From an uncultured Bacillales bacterium (lineage in GTDB: Bacteria > Bacillota_I > Bacilli_A > RFN20 > CAG-826): 37,920 nucleotides of DNA. A program made the translations under genes and the position numbers. Location: the NCBI GenBank assembly GCA_946183335.1, contig CAMGZN010000002.1, positions 1 through 37,920 on the forward strand, written 5' to 3'. The notes beneath the pieces are model-generated. The model searched no databases, was not told the origin of the DNA, and was given only the letters and a program-made list of their open reading frames with translations. Positions 33,251-37,920 of the stretch are shown in pieces; position 1 is the first letter of the stretch; every line of letters starts with the position of its first letter.

Positions 33251-34444
33251 ATGTCATTACGTGAAACTCGCAAAAATTGCAAATTAACTCAAGAAGAAGC
33301 TGCCAAACTTTGTGGCGTTTCTCTTCGTACTTATGTTAGTTATGAAAAGGATGAAGAAAAGGCTGATCAGCTTAAGCTTGAACGCATGAAACAAGTTCTT
33401 GCGGAAGAAGCCGCAAAAGATACTTCTATCTTAAAAGATAAGGTTCTTCTCATTACTGGTGGTACCGGCTCATTTGGCCACGCTGTTGTTGATCGTTTCT
33501 TAGACACAGATATTAAAGAAATTCGAATTCTTTCTCGAGATGAAAAGAAACAAGATGATATGCGCAAGGCTTATCATAACGACAAACTCAAATTCTATAT
33601 TGGAGACGTTCGTAATCTTCCATCCATTGTTGATGCGTTTAAAGGTGTTGACTATGTCTTTAGTGCTGCTGCGCTTAAACAAGTCCCATCCTGCGAATTC
33701 TACCCAATGGAGGCTGTGAGAACAAACGTTATTGGTTCAGATAACGTCATTACCGCATGTGTCCAAAACCACGTTAAAAAAGCCATCTTTTTATCAACTG
33801 ATAAAGCGGCTTACCCAATTAACGCAATGGGTATCTCCAAAGCCTTAATGGAAAAGAACGTTATCGCTCGTTCTAGACAAATGCTCAAAGGTGATACTGT
33901 TTTATGCTTAACACGTTATGGAAACGTCATGGCCTCACGTGGATCCGTGATTCCTTTATTCTTAAATCAAATTAAAGAAGGTAAACCAATCACGATTACT
34001 AACCCAGAAATGACTCGTTTCATGATGACACTTGATGATGCGGTGGACCTTGTCCTTTACGCATTTGAACATGGTGAACAAGGAGACCTCTTTGTTCAAA
34101 AGGCTCCAGCTGCAACCATTGAAACACTTGCTAAAGCAATTATTGAATTAACTGGCTCAAAAACTGGTGTTTCTTATATTGGTACACGTCATGGAGAAAA
34201 ACTTTATGAAACTCTTGTCACTCAAGAAGAAATGCTTAAATCCATTGATTGCGGAAACTTCTTTAGAGTTTGCGCAGACAATCGTGATTTAAACTATGAT
34301 AAGTATTTCTCAAAAGGAAATAAGAAACTGAACTTAGGTGAATCATACACCTCACATAATACTGGTCGATTAAATGTCGAACAAATGAAAGAACTTCTGA
34401 AGAAGTTAGAACTCTTTGGTGGACCAGTTCGTCAACACGAATAA
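33251..34444 (+). CDS. fnlA: UDP-N-acetylglucosamine 4,6-dehydratase/5-epimerase (FnlA/CapE/WbjB type) with an N-terminal XRE-family HTH domain (fusion)
   Basis: The N-terminus LRETRKNCKLTQEEAAKLCGVSLRTYVSYEKDEE is HTH_XRE-like. It is followed by KVLLITGGTGSFGHAVVDRFL, RILSRDEKKQDDMR, KFYIGDVR, AAALKQVPSCEFYPMEAVRTNV and LSTDKAAYPINAMGISKALMEK, which match the CapE/FnlA signature nearly throughout. Confidence 0.85.
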   Translation: MSLRETRKNCKLTQEEAAKLCGVSLRTYVSYEKDEEKADQLKLERMKQVLAEEAAKDTSILKDKVLLITGGTGSFGHAVVDRFLDTDIKEIRILSRDEKKQDDMRKAYHNDKLKFYIGDVRNLPSIVDAFKGVDYVFSAAALKQVPSCEFYPMEAVRTNVIGSDNVITACVQNHVKKAIFLSTDKAAYPINAMGISKALMEKNVIARSRQMLKGDTVLCLTRYGNVMASRGSVIPLFLNQIKEGKPITITNPEMTRFMMTLDDAVDLVLYAFEHGEQGDLFVQKAPAATIETLAKAIIELTGSKTGVSYIGTRHGEKLYETLVTQEEMLKSIDCGNFFRVCADNRDLNYDKYFSKGNKKLNLGESYTSHNTGRLNVEQMKELLKKLELFGGPVRQHE

Positions 34445-34447
34445 AAA

Positions 34448-35551
34448 ATGAAAGTCTTAGTTACTGGATCAAAAGGATTTATTGGAAAACACATAGTTGA
34501 ACGCCTTAAACGCGCTCATCATGAGGTTTTTGAATTCGACATTAACGATTCAGAGACATCTTTAATTGAATTTATTCAAGAAGCTGACTGGATTATCCAT
34601 CTCGCTGGAGTGAATCGTCCTTTAACTGTTGAAGAGTTTTACGATGGAAATACTAATTTCACCAAAAAGCTCATTGATTTAGTTAAAAGATTTAATCCAA
34701 GTGTGAAGATTATTGCTAACTCTTCTACACAAGCTGCGTTAGACAACGATTATGGACGTAGCAAAAAGATGGCCGAAGATGCATTAATTGCCTCCGGATT
34801 ATCTGTTTATATCTATCGTTTCTGTAACGTTTTTGGACGTGGATGCCGACCAAATTATAACTCTGCAACAGCGACATTTTGTTATAACATTGCCCACGAT
34901 TTAGATGTCTATGTTCGCGATCCAGAATACGTTGTAAATTACAACTATGTTGAGGACATTTGCGAAGAACTTTTAAATGTCGTTGAAAACAAAGTTAACC
35001 GTAAATTGCTGGTGATTTTATCAGTAAAACCTCAATATTCTTGCTCGCTTGGTAAGCAGGTTGAACTCTTAAAATATTTCAAAAAAAGCGTTCAATCTAA
35101 TGAACATTTACCAACGATTCATGATGAATTTGAATTGAAGCTATTTATGACATTTTTATGGTATTTGTCTGATGAAGGAAGTTCATTTAATTACGCCGAA
35201 GATGAACGTGGCTCATTCGAGGAACTTTATAAGTCAAAAGAGCATGGACAAATCTCTCTTAATGTGGCCTATCCAGGCATTACAAAAGGTGGGCACTACC
35301 ACACCTACAAGAAAGAAATCTTCTATCCAGTCATTGGACATTGTGTCATTCGTCAAAGAAATATTCACAACAACGATATGATTGAAAATGATGTCAAAGA
35401 CAACGAATCTAAGATTGATATCATCCCAGAATATACACACGAAATTACTAATGTAGGAAAAGAAAACTCCTACACATTAATGTGGATCTCTGAAGTTTAT
35501 GACCCAGAGACACACGATACATATCGCGCACCTGTTGATTTAAAGGAGTAA
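34448..35551 (+). CDS. fnlB: CapF/FnlB-type reductase (SDR N-domain plus cupin C-domain)
   Basis: MKVLVTGSKGFIGKH Rossmann motif and a C-terminal cupin with GGHYHTYKKE. The size (367 aa) and the position between fnlA-like and fnlC-like genes also fit. Confidence 0.75.
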   Translation: MKVLVTGSKGFIGKHIVERLKRAHHEVFEFDINDSETSLIEFIQEADWIIHLAGVNRPLTVEEFYDGNTNFTKKLIDLVKRFNPSVKIIANSSTQAALDNDYGRSKKMAEDALIASGLSVYIYRFCNVFGRGCRPNYNSATATFCYNIAHDLDVYVRDPEYVVNYNYVEDICEELLNVVENKVNRKLLVILSVKPQYSCSLGKQVELLKYFKKSVQSNEHLPTIHDEFELKLFMTFLWYLSDEGSSFNYAEDERGSFEELYKSKEHGQISLNVAYPGITKGGHYHTYKKEIFYPVIGHCVIRQRNIHNNDMIENDVKDNESKIDIIPEYTHEITNVGKENSYTLMWISEVYDPETHDTYRAPVDLKE

Positions 35552-35556
35552 TAAAT

Positions 35557-36681
35557 ATGGCCAAGAAAATTAAAGTTGTCACGATTATCGGGACTCGTCC
35601 AGAAATCATTCGTCTAAGCGAAGTCATTAAAGCCTTAGATAAAGATGAAGAAATCGAACATCTTTTAGTTCATACCGGGCAAAACTATGACTATGAACTC
35701 AACCAAGTCTTCTTTGAAGACCTCGACTTAAGAGCACCAGATTATTATTTAAATTGTGCTGGTAAAGATTTAGGAGAAACCATCGGTAACGCCATTTCTA
35801 AATCATATGATTTACTCCGTGAACTTAAACCAGATGCTGTTCTTATTTTAGGTGATACAAATAGTGCGTTATGCGCCATTAGCGCAAAACGCCTTAAACT
35901 TCCAATCTTCCATATGGAAGCTGGAAATAGATGTGGAGACTGGAACGTTCCAGAGACAATTAACCGTAAGATTGTTGACCACATCTCTGATATTAATCTT
36001 CCTTATACAAATCACGCCTACGCGAATTTAATGAAGGAAGGTATTGAACCAGAATATACATTCGTCACTGGTTCCCCAATGCTGGAAGTTCTTAACGCCC
36101 AATCTAAGAAGATTGAACGTAGTGATGTTCTTTCACACTTAGGCGTTGAAAAGAACAAATATATCGTTGTCTCTTCTCATAGAGAAGAAAACATCGACAT
36201 CGAGAAGAACTTCAACCAACTTATGCCAGCGATTAATGAAATCGCCGAGAAGTATCAAGTGCCTGTTATCTTCTCAACACACCCACGCACAAAGAAAAGG
36301 CTTGAAGCGAATAACTTTAAGATGCATCCACTTGTCAGAAATCTTAAACCTCTTGGTTTCCTTGACTATGTCAAACTCCAAGAAAACGCGATGTTTGTTC
36401 TTTCTGACTCGGGAACATTAACTGAAGAAAGTGCGATGAGACACTTCCCAGCTGTTCTGATTCGTACATCGACTGAACGTCCAGAAGGCGTTGAAGCCCA
36501 TTCAATCGTTGTTTCTGGAATTACTAAAGAAGGAATTCTAAACGCGATTGATCAAGAACTAAAACAATATAAGAGTGCTGAAACACCGGAAAACTATGAT
36601 GTCGATGATGTCTCTAAATTTGTTGTAAAAATCATCAAAGAAAAGATTGATGTCGTAAATAAAGAAATCTGGAAAAAATAA
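35557..36681 (+). CDS. fnlC: UDP-N-acetylglucosamine 2-epimerase family, non-hydrolysing (FnlC/Cap5G type)
   Basis: KVVTIIGTRPEIIRLS, VHTGQNYD, ILGDTNS, HMEAGNR, SDSGT and ERPEG motifs. Confidence 0.85.
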   Translation: MAKKIKVVTIIGTRPEIIRLSEVIKALDKDEEIEHLLVHTGQNYDYELNQVFFEDLDLRAPDYYLNCAGKDLGETIGNAISKSYDLLRELKPDAVLILGDTNSALCAISAKRLKLPIFHMEAGNRCGDWNVPETINRKIVDHISDINLPYTNHAYANLMKEGIEPEYTFVTGSPMLEVLNAQSKKIERSDVLSHLGVEKNKYIVVSSHREENIDIEKNFNQLMPAINEIAEKYQVPVIFSTHPRTKKRLEANNFKMHPLVRNLKPLGFLDYVKLQENAMFVLSDSGTLTEESAMRHFPAVLIRTSTERPEGVEAHSIVVSGITKEGILNAIDQELKQYKSAETPENYDVDDVSKFVVKIIKEKIDVVNKEIWKK

Positions 36682-36766
36682 TTGGGTAAAAAAAGAAAAT
36701 TTTTTCTAATTTTTTCAATAAAATCAAAAATCGTTTTGTATATTAAGCGAAAAGAGGTAAACAAAA

Positions 36767-37681
36767 ATGAAAAAACAAGTCTTATGTCTCTGCCTTCCAT
36801 TACTCCTCGGATTAGTTGGATGCTCTAAAGGTGATAAAGTTGAATCAGTTGAAGAAAAGAAAGCTGTTGTCAATGAAGTTACTGAAGGAGTGACCAAGCA
36901 TCTTGGTTTCAGTGACTTTGTCCTTGATTTCGACTTCCGTGTTGATGGAGAATTCTCTTCAGAAGGAAACAAATTAGCCTTCGATGATTTTGAAATTGAA
37001 GCTCAAGGGGAGTTCGATTTCCCAGATACGTTGGAAAAAGGTGCCGATATTGCGGGTATTAAAGCCCATGTTGGTTTAACAACTGATGGTGATATTGAAT
37101 ACACCGTTGGTAGCGCCGTAACTAAAGTGGATTGCGACAGTAAGTTCGCAGACTTCTTCTTTGAAGAAGGAACATTCTATGCTGACATCTATAAAAACGG
37201 TTTATCAGATTTCCTCGCGTCGATTATGGAACTTGAAGCCGAATTACCAATCAAGAGCAAACTTAATCTTTCTGAACTCATTGACCCAAACAGTGTCATT
37301 GATCTTCAAAAAGAATTCGAATCTCCAGAAATTCCAGAAGAAATCTTAAGCCAAGTTCAAATCTATGTCTCAGGTGATGAATACACCTTTGAACTTGATA
37401 CAGCAGAAGCCGAATTCACTGATGAAGAAGGCGTGAAGCACAATGTCAAAGAATTCTATGGAGTCGATGTTGAAGCTTCCTTTGTCATTGACAAAGAGTT
37501 CCGTCTCCAAGAACTTGAACTCGAAGGTTCAGTTGACGTCAATAAACTTGATGAAGACCACAAAGCAACTGGAACACTCGCGATTAATCTTGATTTAAAT
37601 TTGAACTACAAGAGCAATCCAACAGTTAAATCAGTTTCGAACAAAGAAGAATACAAACAATTCAAACTCTTCTCTAAATAA
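36767..37681 (+). CDS. Acidic lipoprotein, unknown function
   Basis: Lipobox LVGC. The mature part is highly D/E-rich. SD AAGAGG. Confidence 0.6.
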   Translation: MKKQVLCLCLPLLLGLVGCSKGDKVESVEEKKAVVNEVTEGVTKHLGFSDFVLDFDFRVDGEFSSEGNKLAFDDFEIEAQGEFDFPDTLEKGADIAGIKAHVGLTTDGDIEYTVGSAVTKVDCDSKFADFFFEEGTFYADIYKNGLSDFLASIMELEAELPIKSKLNLSELIDPNSVIDLQKEFESPEIPEEILSQVQIYVSGDEYTFELDTAEAEFTDEEGVKHNVKEFYGVDVEASFVIDKEFRLQELELEGSVDVNKLDEDHKATGTLAINLDLNLNYKSNPTVKSVSNKEEYKQFKLFSK

Positions 37682-37698
37682 GCTCGAGTTTATAAAAT

Positions 37699-37727
37699 AA
37701 GGCACGCATCGCGTGTCTTTTTTTGTA
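37699..37727 (+). terminator. Rho-independent terminator
   Basis: AGGCACGC-atc-GCGTGTCT followed by TTTTTTG. Confidence 0.8.
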
Positions 37728-37737
37728 TCATATAAAT

Positions 37738-37920
37738 ATGAATACTGCGATTGTTTATTATTCGAAACATCACGAGAACACATTAAAACTCTTAAAATCA
37801 CTTCAAGAAGTGGATCCTAGTTTAGTTCTCGTTGATGTCATGAAAGAACCTGATTTTGATTTATCAAGGTTTGAAAGAATTGGTTTTGCCTCAGGAATCT
37901 ATTTTTCTAGGTTTGCTAAA
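37738..37920 (+). CDS. Flavodoxin-like protein, 3'-truncated by the window edge
   Basis: MNTAIVYYSKHHENTLKLLKSL... matches the YYS-x-HH-x-NT N-terminus of flavodoxin-family proteins. The frame stays open to the end of the window. Confidence 0.6.
   Translation, partial: MNTAIVYYSKHHENTLKLLKSLQEVDPSLVLVDVMKEPDFDLSRFERIGFASGIYFSRFAK

Noticed and set aside
36682-36766. AGAAAATTTTTTCT near-palindrome and a TG-TATATT promoter-like sequence upstream of the acidic lipoprotein gene.
   Set aside because: The stem would leave a 2-nt loop. The extended -10 spacing is off by one, and the -35 is poor. I could not support either call.
1-37920. Mobile elements, prophage, CRISPR arrays, defence islands, or alternative genetic code (TGA=Trp).
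   Set aside because: No transposase, integrase or recombinase-like ORFs are present. There are no direct-repeat/spacer arrays and no long terminal inverted repeats. All recognised genes are full length under the standard code, and several ATGA start/stop overlaps use TGA as a stop.

Overview
Low-GC, standard-code (TGA is a stop) bacterial chromosome segment. It looks like Bacillota/Mycoplasmatota: an RNA polymerase delta subunit, many lipoproteins with L-x-G-C lipoboxes, and tRNA genes with encoded CCA. Most of the window is densely packed housekeeping. The + strand array at 4.4-11.8 kb is ychF-ispF-argS-rpoE-nrnA, then an IMPase/CysQ-like gene, a 5'-nucleotidase lipoprotein and a DUF2188 gene. 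A minus-strand operon is HAD-ispD-S1-pgi, followed by a six-tRNA array. Further genes are mgtE, pduL, an S-box riboswitch with metK, hpf, glmM with an LbH acetyltransferase divergent from nagB, mntP, and an fnlABC-like UDP-L-FucNAc operon. Envelope genes include a MacB/FtsX-type ABC protein, an M6 metalloprotease lipoprotein, an endonuclease-I lipoprotein, other lipoproteins, and an 1129-aa Big_2 surface protein. I saw no transposase, integrase, CRISPR array or recognisable defence system. The items most worth follow-up are: (i) XRE-type HTH domains fused in frame to the N-termini of two amino-sugar enzymes (GlmM and FnlA/CapE), each with a perfect palindrome over its own promoter; (ii) a roughly 100-nt orphan small RNA with its own promoter and intrinsic terminator, convergent with an orphan 124-aa gene in an AT-rich patch; (iii) an in-frame junction at the window start joining an amidase-signature N-terminus to the Walker-B half of an ABC ATPase; (iv) a hairpin-rich divergent leader between mntP and the surface protein gene that lacks the canonical Mn riboswitch core. 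All family assignments come from motif recognition by eye, and no searches were run.
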